A stretch of 64,000 nt of DNA from Chloroflexota bacterium (lineage in GTDB: Bacteria > Chloroflexota > UBA11872 > VXOZ01): positions 960,001 through 1,024,000 of the forward strand of contig OZ244922.1 of NCBI GenBank assembly GCA_965221905.1, written 5' to 3'. The position numbers and the translations under genes were made by a program. A model generated the notes under the pieces. That model did no database searches, was not told the origin of the DNA, and saw only the letters and a program-made list of their open reading frames with translations. Of the stretch, positions 9,570 to 19,822 are shown in pieces. How positions within the stretch are numbered: the stretch's first letter is position 1; each line of letters starts with the position of its first letter.

Positions 9570-10958
9570 CTATTCCCGATGCTCGTCGGGCCGGCGGTCG
9601 ATAATCTCTTGGAGAATTCTCGCCGATTCGCGCAGGCCTTCAGGCACGGTAAGTTCGCCTCTGAGCGCGCTGTACCATGGCTGCTGCAGCGGCCCCCAGG
9701 CCTCGTTGAACTCAGGCAGGCGCAGGAAGTTGTGGCCTTCCTCGGCCCACGCCTGGATGGCGTCCTGGACGTTTGTGCCTTCGAAGCGCGACGCCCACCC
9801 GGGGTGGGAGGCGTGCTCGATGATGGAGGGCCAGGACGTCCAGCCAAAGTACTCGGAACCGGTAGCGCCCTCATCCGAGCCGAGCCACTTCAGGAAGTCC
9901 CACACGGAATCCTGCACTTTGGAAAGACCCATGACGGAGTGGGCGTTGCCGACCACGGTTGCCGTGCCGCGCTCACCACGGGGTGGCCTGGTCACACTTA
10001 GGTTTTCACCCAAGTGCTGCTGGGAGGCGTTGTAGCGAAAGACGCCGTTGAACTCCATGGCGATGTGCCCAAGCTCCAGAATGCCGATACCGGACCGGCC
10101 TGCCAGAAGCTCTCTGACTATCTCGCTCGGCGGTGTGAACTCATGTTTCAGGTGCAGGTCCACGTTGAACTGGGCGCCGGCGTGCGACTTTGGATCTTCG
10201 CCGTAGAGTACCCTGTTGCCGTCTTCGGTCAACTCCTCTCCGCCAAAATTGAGCATGAACGTACTGGCCATGTAGAAGAGGCTGTTTTGACCGACCCGCA
10301 CGGCCCAGCGGTTGTCCTCAGGCTTGTGCAGCTTCTGACACATGTCGATCATGTCGTCATAGGTCCACTGCCCGTCCGGATAATTCAGACCGGCTTCATC
10401 GAAGAACTGCTTGTTAAAGAGCACCAACTCGCCGCCGGATTGGGTGGGGATGGCGTACAACTTGCCGGCCCAGCTCCAGGCTTTGATGTCAGCGGGATAG
10501 TAGCGGCTGATGTCGATATTGTCACGCTGCATCAACGGTATGTGGTCGACGAACATGCCGTTGAACCCGCCAAAGAAGACCCAGTTGACCTGATTCATTG
10601 AAATGTCCACGTCGGCCGTGCCGGCGGCAAAGGCTGTCTTCCGCCGGTCCCAGATGCCGCTATACTCACCGGGAATTACGTTGAACTCGACGTTCAACTC
10701 CTCTTCGGCCAGATCGAGCGTGGCCAGGTACGGCGCGTGGCGCCCGTCGGACTCGGTGAAGTACTCATCGATGTTGATGACGGGTATCACGGCCTCGGGC
10801 ATGGCCTCTTTGGCCTTGGGCTCCTCAGCCATTTCTTCTGCGGGCGCAGTTGTGGCAGCCGGCATTGCGCCGCAGGCAGCGAGCGCCAGCACACTAGCCA
10901 TGCCACCGGCGCCAATGAACAGGCGCCTACGCGTAAGCAAATTCGATCGTGTCTTCAT
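9570..10958 (-). CDS. ABC extracellular solute-binding lipoprotein (family 1) with Tat signal
   Basis: TRRRLF twin-arginine motif, LAAC lipobox, GKLYAIP and FNKQFFDEAGL..PDGQWT. Confidence 0.9.
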   Translation of the reverse strand: MKTRSNLLTRRRLFIGAGGMASVLALAACGAMPAATTAPAEEMAEEPKAKEAMPEAVIPVINIDEYFTESDGRHAPYLATLDLAEEELNVEFNVIPGEYSGIWDRRKTAFAAGTADVDISMNQVNWVFFGGFNGMFVDHIPLMQRDNIDISRYYPADIKAWSWAGKLYAIPTQSGGELVLFNKQFFDEAGLNYPDGQWTYDDMIDMCQKLHKPEDNRWAVRVGQNSLFYMASTFMLNFGGEELTEDGNRVLYGEDPKSHAGAQFNVDLHLKHEFTPPSEIVRELLAGRSGIGILELGHIAMEFNGVFRYNASQQHLGENLSVTRPPRGERGTATVVGNAHSVMGLSKVQDSVWDFLKWLGSDEGATGSEYFGWTSWPSIIEHASHPGWASRFEGTNVQDAIQAWAEEGHNFLRLPEFNEAWGPLQQPWYSALRGELTVPEGLRESARILQEIIDRRPDEHRE

Positions 10959-11394
10959 CGCAAATGACCTCCTCCGGTCAATGGCGTACGTACACTGTAG
11001 CTGTGCGTTGCTAAGCCAACTGAAAACGAGAACGAGGACCGGCTTAGAGCGTCACAGCCCTTGGGAAGCGCTGATTGTGTGGCCTCCTTTCGTCAAAATG
11101 CTCCAAACACACATCTTATCAATGCTGTATTGTAGCACAGTACCGCAAGAATAACTGTGTCAATAATTCTTTTTCGGAATCTTACGTGCCATCCTCGTCC
11201 GTGAAAGTGCCCGTGCGCGGACATTCGCGTTGGCCGAATGCAATTCTGCCTGCAGATTTGCTTTCGCAAGAGCTTGGATGAAGGATTGTTGGCGGCCATT
11301 GGTTGACAAGGCGTTCGCCAGCGCCTATGTTCATTGCTAGTACTTCGGATGAGCCATATCGTGTTAAACGTCCCACCAAGAGAAAGTCTGTTCT

Positions 11395-12612
11395 ATGGCA
11401 CGTATGCAGTTCACAGTCCGCGCCGGTAATCACGAGCGGCGGCATTGTCCGGTTTGGGTCGACGGCGAAGGGCTCGATCCGGCCCGCGACTACGTCGTGG
11501 TATCAGACGAGAGCAAGGAAACGCTCCCCGCACAGGCGGTGCAAACCGCAGACGGTGTCCGTCTGGCCTGGATTCTGCCCGCGCTTGCCGCTAATGCCAG
11601 CCGGTCGTTCACGCTGGAGGAAGGCGCGAAGGGTGGTCTGGATTCCCGCCCCGTATCGAGTACGGGGCAAGCTTTTCGCGGGAATGACGACGCCGTGACC
11701 GTGGCTGACGGCAAGTACGGCCTGGACATTCACCTCAATGGCGAGCTCTTTACTACGTACCACCACGCCCAAACGCACAACAAGCTCTTTCTCTACCCCG
11801 TGATCGGTCCTACGGGCAAAGGTATGACGCGCGGGTATCCTATGGTTTCCGACATACCTGGCGAGAAGCACGACCACCCGCACCATAAGTCAATCCACGT
11901 CGCGCACGGCGATGTGAACGGCGTGGATTTCTGGAGCGAACTCGACGCCCACGGCTACCAGCGCCACGACTCTTTTCTCCCTGCCTTTGGTGCGGGTACC
12001 GCCTTTGTAAACGGCCCGGTCTGCGGCGCGTTTCGCTCGCGCAGCTACTGGGTAAGCCGCGACGAGCAGCCGGTGGTGGCGGAAGAAAAGCGCGTGGTCG
12101 TGTACGCCCCTGCGCCGGACGCGCGCATACTGGACATCGCCGTGACCTTCCATGCTACGGAAGGCCCCGTGCGCTTTGGCGATACGAAGGAAGGCGCCAT
12201 GCTCTCCGTGCGGGTTGCCAGCAGCATGGACGCGGATGCGGATGGAACCATCGAAAACGCGTACGGCGGCAGAGGCGAAACCGAATGCTTCGGCAATCGC
12301 GCCCAGTGGATGGACTATGCAGGGCCCGTGGACGGCAAGACCGTGGGCGTTGCGGTGTTCGACCACCCCTCCAGCTTCCGCTATCCCACCTACTGGCACA
12401 TGCGCAATTACGGCCTGATGCATGCAAACTCATTCGCCTGGCGCGAGTTTCTGGGACACCCCGGCGTGGACGGCAGCTACGTGCTCCCCGAAGGCGCGCG
12501 CCTCGATTGCAACTTCCGCGTCTACCTCCACACCGGCGATACCCAGCACGCTCACGTCGCTGACCGCTACCACGATTTCATCACCCCACCGGTGGTGGAA
12601 GTCGCCAAATAG
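11395..12612 (+). CDS. PmoA-family (DUF6807) protein with N-terminal extension
   Basis: LYPVIGPTG, DHPHHKSI, GVDFW, FDHPSS and WHMRNYGL. Confidence 0.8.
   Translation: MARMQFTVRAGNHERRHCPVWVDGEGLDPARDYVVVSDESKETLPAQAVQTADGVRLAWILPALAANASRSFTLEEGAKGGLDSRPVSSTGQAFRGNDDAVTVADGKYGLDIHLNGELFTTYHHAQTHNKLFLYPVIGPTGKGMTRGYPMVSDIPGEKHDHPHHKSIHVAHGDVNGVDFWSELDAHGYQRHDSFLPAFGAGTAFVNGPVCGAFRSRSYWVSRDEQPVVAEEKRVVVYAPAPDARILDIAVTFHATEGPVRFGDTKEGAMLSVRVASSMDADADGTIENAYGGRGETECFGNRAQWMDYAGPVDGKTVGVAVFDHPSSFRYPTYWHMRNYGLMHANSFAWREFLGHPGVDGSYVLPEGARLDCNFRVYLHTGDTQHAHVADRYHDFITPPVVEVAK
11639..11689. repeat. Composite REP-like palindrome embedded in frame in a CDS
   Basis: TGGATTCCCGC-[CCCGTATCGAGTACGGGGCAAGCT]-TTTCGCGGGAATGACG matches intergenic copies at 18296-18322 and 50434-50460. 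Confidence 0.75.
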
Positions 12613-12833
12613 GGTTACATTCAGAATGTGTCAATTCCCCATAGCGGTCACTCGCCCCATTGGGCAGCAGACCTAATGGAAAAGTCATTTAACGTCTCGT
12701 CTTTTTGACCCCTACTTTGTGACTGACTAATATGAAGCCAGTAGTGCACAGCTATCAGTCTATGTTCGTGCATAGAAGCTTCTGTGCCATGAGGGTCAAA
12801 CGGGAGAACTCTTAAATGCAGGATGTGGGCAAA

Positions 12834-13994
12834 ATGGGCTTTTTGGGTGAAGTGCGCAAACTCTCCGACAATTTCGCCAGGAGACTTGACCACCTCGATA
12901 CTGAAGAGGCTACCAAGCATGCGCTCGTTCTACCGTTCATTCAAATGTTGGGCTACGCAACTGACGATCCGACCGAAGTAGTGCCGGAGTTTACCGCAGA
13001 TGTAGGAACGAAGAAGGATGAAAAGGTTGACTATGCCCTCATGAGGGAGGGTAAACCTGCAATCCTCGTCGAGTGTAAGACCTACGGCACAAACTTAAAC
13101 CAGAGAATGCAGGCCCAACTACATCGCTATTTTCTCACAACTGACGCCCGCTTTGGCATTCTTACAGACGGTATCATCTATCAGTTTTTCTCGGACCTCG
13201 ATGAAGACAACAAGATGGACCAAGAGCCATTCTTTGTTTTTGACATGCTTGACTTTGGTGAAGGTCAGGTGGTTTGGCTAGAGCGATTCAAGAAAGCTAA
13301 CTTTGGCCTAGATGAGCTTGTCAACACTGCAAGAGAATTGAAGTACACGGCCAGAATCAAGCGATTGATTGCTGAAGAACTTGCAAGTCCTTCTGACGAG
13401 TTTGTCCGGTTTATTATCGGATGTGTATATGAGGGGAGGGCAACTCAAGCGATACGAGAGCAGTTTCGCGCATACATGCTGAGGGCGTTCGCCCAAATTG
13501 TGCATGAGCAGGCGTCCCCGTCACCGGATGTTTCGACTCGGTTTTCTTCCCAGCCACCGGATACTCCGCCACAGGTGGAACCTGATGTTCCTAGTGTGGA
13601 GCCTCCTGCTCCGCAATTGAGTGGTTGGCAATCGCTTGCAACCCTGAAACCGGCAGCCGTGAACGGAGTTTCTCCCAGGCCTATGGAGATACGGTTTCCA
13701 GACAATTCCCATCGTCTTATCAAGAGATGGAGTCATGTTGTGGTCGAAGTCACAGGCTGGCTCATGCGGAATAACCTTCTCCAGGTAGACTCACTTCCCA
13801 TTCGACGAAACAGCCGTTATCTCGTTGCCAAGGATCCCACACATCCATCTGGCAAGCCGTTCAAAAACCCCCAACTAGCAGGACATGTCTTTGCTGAAGG
13901 AAATTACAGCGCGCACGATCATACGGAGAATGCTCGCATTGTTATCAAGCACGTCGGACAGGACCCGGCGAAGTTCGCCGTGCGCTTTGATTGA
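12834..13994 (+). CDS. Type I restriction HsdR N-terminal-like (PD-(D/E)xK) nuclease with Pro-rich linker and extra C-terminal domain
   Basis: TEEATKHALVLPFIQMLGY, EVVPEF, KVDYAL..ILVECK, QLHRYF and GILTDG. Confidence 0.88.
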   Translation: MGFLGEVRKLSDNFARRLDHLDTEEATKHALVLPFIQMLGYATDDPTEVVPEFTADVGTKKDEKVDYALMREGKPAILVECKTYGTNLNQRMQAQLHRYFLTTDARFGILTDGIIYQFFSDLDEDNKMDQEPFFVFDMLDFGEGQVVWLERFKKANFGLDELVNTARELKYTARIKRLIAEELASPSDEFVRFIIGCVYEGRATQAIREQFRAYMLRAFAQIVHEQASPSPDVSTRFSSQPPDTPPQVEPDVPSVEPPAPQLSGWQSLATLKPAAVNGVSPRPMEIRFPDNSHRLIKRWSHVVVEVTGWLMRNNLLQVDSLPIRRNSRYLVAKDPTHPSGKPFKNPQLAGHVFAEGNYSAHDHTENARIVIKHVGQDPAKFAVRFD

Positions 13995-14052
13995 TTGGTT
14001 TGGGCATCGGACCGGTGGCACAGCGTGCGTGGGAATGACTTGGAGAATTGGC

Positions 14053-14328
14053 ATGTTTCGATCAACCGTAGTTGAACCCCGGGAGGGTTACCGGATTTGC
14101 CTACGGTTTTCGGATGGCGCGGCCGGGGTAGTCGACCTAGCGCATTTAGCAGAACGCGGCGTGTTCGAGGTGTGGAATGACCGCGCTAACTTTGAGACGG
14201 ATTATATTGCCCCGCTCGGATCAGTTGCTTGGGGGCAGGACATCGAGCTTTGCCCCGATGCGCTCTACATGCAGCTAACCGGTAAGCCTATCTCAGATTT
14301 TGTGCCGGGTGCTGACCGGCTCGTTTGA
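14053..14328 (+). CDS. DUF2442 family protein (antitoxin-like)
   Basis: YRICLRFSDG..VDL, SVAW..IELCPDALY; RBS GGAG before ATG 14053. Confidence 0.8.
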   Translation: MFRSTVVEPREGYRICLRFSDGAAGVVDLAHLAERGVFEVWNDRANFETDYIAPLGSVAWGQDIELCPDALYMQLTGKPISDFVPGADRLV

Positions 14329-14521
14329 GAGTCCTGTACTGCGTCGAGTCTGTAGTGCATAGCTGACCTGCATAGCGTCGCAATGTCCTAAATCCTAGCT
14401 TTCGCCGGAATGACGGAAAGGGCCGCAGGTTGCAAACCTGCGCTGCCGGAGCTAGAGGGATGGATGCCCGTTCCGTATTGGCATAGTGACACGTTGTTTA
14501 CCAGAGTCACGAGGAAATCCT

Positions 14522-16234
14522 ATGGCACAAACTGACAACACGTATGCCGTAACGCGAGAAGAAAACGTTCCCGTGCCAATGCGCGATGGCACCATTCTCC
14601 GCGCTGACGTGTATCGGCCTGACGCGCCCGGTGAATTTCCCGTGCTGTTGTGCCGGACGCCCTACAACAAGAGCCCGCATGATCTCAGCGAGGGTCATGC
14701 CGCGCGGGGGTATATCGCCGTAGTGCAGGATGTGCGGGGGCGGTTTGCGTCGGATGGCGAGTTTCGTCCCGGCTTCTACCGCGGCGACACCTATGATGCT
14801 ACGGATGGCTATGACACGGTGGAGTGGGCGGCGCGCCTGCCCGGTTCCACCCGCAAGGTCGGCACCTTTGGCAACTCCTACAACGGCTGGACACAGTGGG
14901 AACTTGCGCCCACCCGACCGCCGAGTCTCGCGACCATGTACGCCAGCGGCATTACCGCGAACCTGCTCGACCGCGAGCTTGGCGGGGTGCTGCGGCTCGG
15001 CCGCGTGCTGTGGTGGACCATAAACTCGCTGGCGCCGGACCTGCGTATCCACATTGGCGATACCAAAGGGCCGACCACCAATGCGGACGCGGAACGCATT
15101 TGGCTGGAGCAGGACCGCAGCAAGTGGCTCTGGTATTTGCCGCTGCTGGACATTCCCGATGACGTGCTCTCCGGTATGAAGCCGCACTTCCACCACTGGC
15201 TGACCGACCATGCTCAGGACCACTTCGGCTTTCTGCAAAAGCACCGCAACGTGAATGTGCCGGCGTTGAGCATGACCGGCTGGTACGATCAGCAGATTGG
15301 CACCATCAAGCAGTTCACCGGTATGAAGGCCAACGGCATGACGGCCCACGCCCGCGAAAACCAATACCTCATCATCGGCCCATATACGCATACTACCGCC
15401 GACTTGAACCGCACGGTGGGTTCGGTAGACTTCGGCCCGGCGGCGGTGCGCGACTACTACGAAATTGCCGATGCCTGGTTCCGCGCCTGGCTCAAGGACG
15501 ACCCCAGCGGCATCGCCGATTGGCCGCCGATCCAGCTATTCGTGATGGGCGCGAATACGTGGCGCGGCGAGAACGAGTGGCCGCTGGCGCGCACGCAGTA
15601 CACCGATTTCTATTTCCACAGCGGCGGCGAGGCGAACACGCCCTTTGGCGACGGCGTACTCTCGCGGGAAGCGCCTACGGACGAGCCGTCGGACGCATAT
15701 ACCTACGATCCACGCGATCCCGTGATGACCCTCTACACCGGTCCCGGTCAGCAAGAGCCCCACGACCAGCGCGCGCTGCAGCACCGGCGCGATATCCTGT
15801 CGTATGCTACGCCGCCGCTGGAGACACCGCTGGAGGTCACCGGGCCAATCACGGTGAAGCTATGGGCGGCGTCATCCGCCCGCGATACGGACTTTGTGGT
15901 CAAGCTCATCGACGTGTGGCCGGATGGCTTCGCGCAGGAGCTGTGCCACGGCATTGTGCGCGCCCGCTACCGGGATTCCTATACGGAACCCACGCTCATC
16001 GAGCCGGATGCAGTTTATCAATACACGATCCAGGTGAATCCGACGAGCAACCTCTTCAGGGCCGGTCACCGCATCCGCATCGACATTTCCAGCAGCGACT
16101 TCCCCAACTTCGACCGCAACCACAACACGGGCCTGGACGAGTATGCCGACGGCACACTGCTCTCGGCTCAGCAGACGATCTTCCACGACCACGGCAGGCC
16201 GTCTCACGTGACGCTGCCGGTGATACCGCTATGA
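14522..16234 (+). CDS. CocE/NonD family hydrolase
   Basis: VPMRDG..LRADVYRP, RTPYNK, QDVRGRFASDG, GNSYNG nucleophile and ISSSDFPNFDRN. Confidence 0.95.
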   Translation: MAQTDNTYAVTREENVPVPMRDGTILRADVYRPDAPGEFPVLLCRTPYNKSPHDLSEGHAARGYIAVVQDVRGRFASDGEFRPGFYRGDTYDATDGYDTVEWAARLPGSTRKVGTFGNSYNGWTQWELAPTRPPSLATMYASGITANLLDRELGGVLRLGRVLWWTINSLAPDLRIHIGDTKGPTTNADAERIWLEQDRSKWLWYLPLLDIPDDVLSGMKPHFHHWLTDHAQDHFGFLQKHRNVNVPALSMTGWYDQQIGTIKQFTGMKANGMTAHARENQYLIIGPYTHTTADLNRTVGSVDFGPAAVRDYYEIADAWFRAWLKDDPSGIADWPPIQLFVMGANTWRGENEWPLARTQYTDFYFHSGGEANTPFGDGVLSREAPTDEPSDAYTYDPRDPVMTLYTGPGQQEPHDQRALQHRRDILSYATPPLETPLEVTGPITVKLWAASSARDTDFVVKLIDVWPDGFAQELCHGIVRARYRDSYTEPTLIEPDAVYQYTIQVNPTSNLFRAGHRIRIDISSSDFPNFDRNHNTGLDEYADGTLLSAQQTIFHDHGRPSHVTLPVIPL

Positions 16235-16374
16235 ATAGTAAGATGATGGCTGCAACAACTGTTGACAGCTTGTGTCTAAAGCGGCTGGTGGCGGGTGCTT
16301 TTAGACATACTTAGCGGTCTCGCCTGTTCGGTTCGTGCTAGACGTGTCATACTTTTGGCGTTAGGCGAGACGAA

Positions 16375-16630
16375 CCGTCCATACTTCGACAAGCTCAGCA
16401 CGAACGGTTCTAGTCAAATTGGGAACGATCCCGTTCGCCCTGAGCTTGTCGAAGGGTGAACGAAACTCTAGCACGTTTCCAGCATGGCGAGCAGCCAGTC
16501 TCGTAGGCAAACACAACTGGAGGAATTGTACATAATGCGCGCCCTCTATTCGAACAATCGCGGTGAAGTCTACTCGTGATAGTGAAAGTCTCTAACCGTT
16601 CGTGCTGAGCTTGTCGAAGCATGAATGGCA
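16375..16630. repeat. Cluster of REP-like TTCGACAAGCTCAG..GAACGG elements in both orientations
   Basis: Copies at about 16384-16407 (+), 16430-16456 (-) and 16596-16620 (-). Confidence 0.8.
16519..16579 (+). pseudogene. Truncated duplicate of the 5' end of the downstream dehydrogenase gene
   Basis: GGAGG RBS plus ATG 16535 encoding MRALYSNNRGEVYS*, nearly identical to 16994-17032 (MRALYSNNRGEIY). Confidence 0.75.
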
Positions 16631-16681
16631 ATTTGCCAACTTGAAGGAGATACCGTTTACCCTTCGATCCTTCGGCAAGCT

Positions 16682-16919
16682 CAGGACAGGCACGCTCAGG
16701 GCGAACGGTTTATGACTAGGGGTATTCGTTCGGCTCAGTCATCGGCATACACAGGACAGGCATGCTCAGGGCGAATGGTTTATGACTAGGGGTATTCCGT
16801 TCGGCTCAGTCATCGGCATACAAAGGACAGACAAGCTCAGGGCGAACGGTTTATGACTAGGGGTATTCGTTCGGCTCAGTCTTCGAAATACACAGAGCAG
16901 GCATGCCATGGGCGAACGG
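16682..16919 (+). repeat. About 70-bp tandem repeat (about 3.4 copies) built on the REP unit
   Basis: Units start near 16682, 16752, 16823 and 16893; core GCTCAGGGCGAACGGTTTATGACTAGGGGTATTCGTTCGGCTCAGTC. Confidence 0.9.
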
Positions 16920-16993
16920 CCTATTGTGCAAGTTGAATGTTAAAACGACCATTCGATTGAGACAGCAGAAAAGGATTGGAGAAGCTTCACATA

Positions 16994-18049
16994 ATGCGTG
17001 CCCTCTATTCGAACAATCGCGGCGAAATCTACATCAAAGAGGTGCCGGAGCCCGCGCTGCAAGGGTCCGGCGTGGTGATTCGGACGCTGGCTTCGGTCTT
17101 TGGGGCCGGTTCCGAGATGGCGGGCGTCGGGCGGCGGCGCAAGGCGCTGCAGGAAGGGCAAGACCCCGGCGCGTTCTCAGAGAAGGCCCACAGCTACCAG
17201 TCCGCCGGAGAGATTCTGCAGGTGTCGCCTGACTTGCAAGACCGCTTCCAGCCGGGCGATCTGGTCGCGGCGGCAGGCGGCGGCTTCGGCTTCCACGCCG
17301 AGCAAGGGTACGTGCCCAAGCACTCGTTTGCCAAGATTCCGCCGGGCCTCGCGCCCATCGAGGCCGCGACCACGAACGTCGGTCTCACGGCGTTCCACGC
17401 CATCCGCCGCGCGGTGCTGCTGCCGGGCGAGACGGCGGTGGTGCTCGGCCTCGGCATGGTGGGGCAGATCGCGGCGCAGCTTGTCCAAGTTACGGGTGGG
17501 CAGGCGCTCGGCGTTGACCTCCATGAGTTCCGCCTGGATAAAGCCCGTGAACTCGGCGCGGCGGCGACGGCCGGAGGCAGCGACGACGAGATAGCCGCCG
17601 CGGTGGCTGACTTCACGGACGGCAGGGGCGCGGACGCGGTTTTCATCGCGACCTCGGCGCGGGTGCGCGGTCCGGCCTCCCTGGCGGTGCGGCTGGTGCG
17701 GGAGAGCGGGCGCGTGCTGCTGATCGGGCGCGTGATCTGGGACTTCACGCCCACGCACCCGGACGCCGACCCCCACACCAAGGAAATCAACATCCATTGG
17801 GTGAACGGCCGCGGCCCCGGCAGCCGCGAGCGCGACTACCTGCGCGGCGAGGCAGACTACCCGTCTCGCTTCGTGCCCTGGGACCAAGAGCGCAACCTGC
17901 AATCCCTGCTGGATCTCCAAGCCGCCGGTAAAGTGCGCGTCGCGCCGCTAATCACCCACCGTTTTCCATTCGACCAAGCCCCCCAAGCCGCCGAAGTCGC
18001 CATCAACCTCCCCGCCGAAGCCCTCGGCGTGGCGCTGGAGTATGCCTAA
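16994..18049 (+). CDS. Zinc-binding alcohol dehydrogenase (MDR) family protein
   Basis: VVLGLGMVGQ Rossmann motif, TDGRGADAV and PLITHRFPF. Confidence 0.88.
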   Translation: MRALYSNNRGEIYIKEVPEPALQGSGVVIRTLASVFGAGSEMAGVGRRRKALQEGQDPGAFSEKAHSYQSAGEILQVSPDLQDRFQPGDLVAAAGGGFGFHAEQGYVPKHSFAKIPPGLAPIEAATTNVGLTAFHAIRRAVLLPGETAVVLGLGMVGQIAAQLVQVTGGQALGVDLHEFRLDKARELGAAATAGGSDDEIAAAVADFTDGRGADAVFIATSARVRGPASLAVRLVRESGRVLLIGRVIWDFTPTHPDADPHTKEINIHWVNGRGPGSRERDYLRGEADYPSRFVPWDQERNLQSLLDLQAAGKVRVAPLITHRFPFDQAPQAAEVAINLPAEALGVALEYA

Positions 18050-18252
18050 CGGCAGGGCGGTCTCCCAAAGGACTTGGTTGGACTTACAGGTATTGCCATG
18101 CCTGAAAGTGTCAGGTGAATCGCTGACAATAGGGAAACGTGAAACGGCAAGAAGTGCTGGCTACCTATCGGCCGCCTTACCCATTTCGTATTTCTGTCAC
18201 GAGCAGTGACAGCTCATGCATCAAAGACGAACGCGATAGACGACACGAGAAT

Positions 18253-18322
18253 CGTCTCTCCGGCGAAAGCCGGAGTCCAGGGGGTGCAGCGAAGATGGAT
18301 TCCGGCTTGCGCCGGAATGACG
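18253..18322. repeat. Paired REP-like palindromes (CGTC..TCCGGCGAAAGCCGGA.TCCA family)
   Basis: Inverted pair; related copies at 21078-21103, 50392-50460, 58392-58418 and 60050-60076. Confidence 0.85.
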
Positions 18323-18413
18323 GACTGAGGCGTTTCGTCTAATTCTTTGTGAAACGTGAATAGTAGAGTCCGTCAACGGAAGTGTCAGCACATTCAAGAG
18401 TGACAGCCAGAGC

Positions 18414-18442
18414 GTAGCGCGGGGGCTTGTCCCCCGCGCTAC
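18414..18442. repeat. GTAG-type REP palindrome
   Basis: GTAGCGCGGGGG-CTTGT-CCCCCGCGCTAC; related copies near 49147-49171 and 61852-61875. Confidence 0.8.
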
Positions 18443-18496
18443 TACTGTGGCGAAGGCTGAGCTAGTGTCGGCAAGATATCAGCAGAGACACACCGC

Positions 18497-19822
18497 TTAC
18501 TCGCGATCCGAGCCCCCCGTCTGCTGGTACTCGCGTACGAAGGAACAGGCTTGGTTGACGACAGTAGCAACGTCGTCGCCGCGCACGAGGTCGCCAACTG
18601 CATTGTCCATGGCATGCCAAGCCGGCACATTCCGTGGCAGCCCCCGTCCAGCTTCTAGCGACCGCTGGATCGCCTCAACCTCTTCCGGTTGGAGGTCTGG
18701 CCGCAATTCCCCTAGTCGCGCCACCGCCTCCCTTTCCGCAGGCACTACGACAAACTGCTGCATTACATGCACCAAACCCTTGAGCGCGGTGTAGGCCGCC
18801 TCCGGTTTGGCTGTCCGCGCAGCAATTGCGATCCCCATTTGCGCGTACACTGGCACGCTGCGCACTGTGCCTCGCGGTATCTCCGCCAGATGATAGTGTC
18901 CGCGCGGAGGACGAAACGGTGGAATCTCATACACCATCGCCGGCGGAAACCCCGCTGACTCGAAGATTAGTTTCCATAAGTCTCTATTTACAGCCGGAGA
19001 GACGCGATGGGTATGGATCAGCCCACGGAAGAACTTCAGCGCTTCGATCGCTGCCGGCTCCTGCAACTGGCACTGCAGCGTCGCCGGCTCCACCGCCGCC
19101 GCTTCGTTCTGCCACAGCGCCCACCAGATCCCATACCTATGCGTTGCCAGCCCCCAGCGCAGCACTGAGCCATCCTCCCTACGCCTCGTCAGTTTCACCG
19201 CATTGTCTACAAGGTCACTCCAGTCCCAGCTACCGTCCACTAGTGGCACCTGCTCCAATTCGAAGTAGTCGGGATCGTAGTACAGCATTAGCGGGCCGGC
19301 ATTTAACGGCAAGGCGTAGAGTGCACTCTGTGTTCGAAACTGATCGAGCACACTTGGGAAGAATATGCGGTCAGGTGCAGGGCCATCAAAGCTGCTAAAC
19401 TGCTCTAAGGGCAGCAACACACCCATCTCTCCCAATGCCCTCGCCCGCCCAGGTGACACGGTCACGAGGTCCGCGTCGAGTTCGTGCAGCCACGCCGCAG
19501 CTTCGTCCAATGCCGGTGCCTGCTCCACATGCCGCAAAGTTAGACTATACCTGCCTTGCTTAGGACCGTGCAGGTTCTCCTTGTCCTCCTCAAGTGCTGA
19601 CAGCGCTCGCTGCAGTTGCTCCTCGCCACCGACTCCTCTTGGACTAGCTAGGCCAGTATACTGACTTGAGGCCGCCCAAGTGAGTGCAGCTTCTTGGGGA
19701 AGGCCTGGTACTGAGAAATGTAACCGCGGCACACTGCATCCGGCAGCGAGGACTGCTAAACTTGCCACAAACAATCGGCGTGAAATCACTGCAAACATCC
19801 TTAGTGTTCGACTCTTGGTCAT
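18497..19822 (-). CDS. ABC solute-binding lipoprotein (family 1, divergent)
   Basis: SRRLF, LAAGC lipobox, LYALP..LYYDPDYF and WDWSDL..AVKLT. Confidence 0.8.
   Translation of the reverse strand: MTKSRTLRMFAVISRRLFVASLAVLAAGCSVPRLHFSVPGLPQEAALTWAASSQYTGLASPRGVGGEEQLQRALSALEEDKENLHGPKQGRYSLTLRHVEQAPALDEAAAWLHELDADLVTVSPGRARALGEMGVLLPLEQFSSFDGPAPDRIFFPSVLDQFRTQSALYALPLNAGPLMLYYDPDYFELEQVPLVDGSWDWSDLVDNAVKLTRRREDGSVLRWGLATHRYGIWWALWQNEAAAVEPATLQCQLQEPAAIEALKFFRGLIHTHRVSPAVNRDLWKLIFESAGFPPAMVYEIPPFRPPRGHYHLAEIPRGTVRSVPVYAQMGIAIAARTAKPEAAYTALKGLVHVMQQFVVVPAEREAVARLGELRPDLQPEEVEAIQRSLEAGRGLPRNVPAWHAMDNAVGDLVRGDDVATVVNQACSFVREYQQTGGSDRE

Noticed and set aside
16682-16919. Possible CRISPR array
   Set aside because: Whole units are near-identical with no unique spacers, they contain REP sequence, and there are no cas genes in the window.
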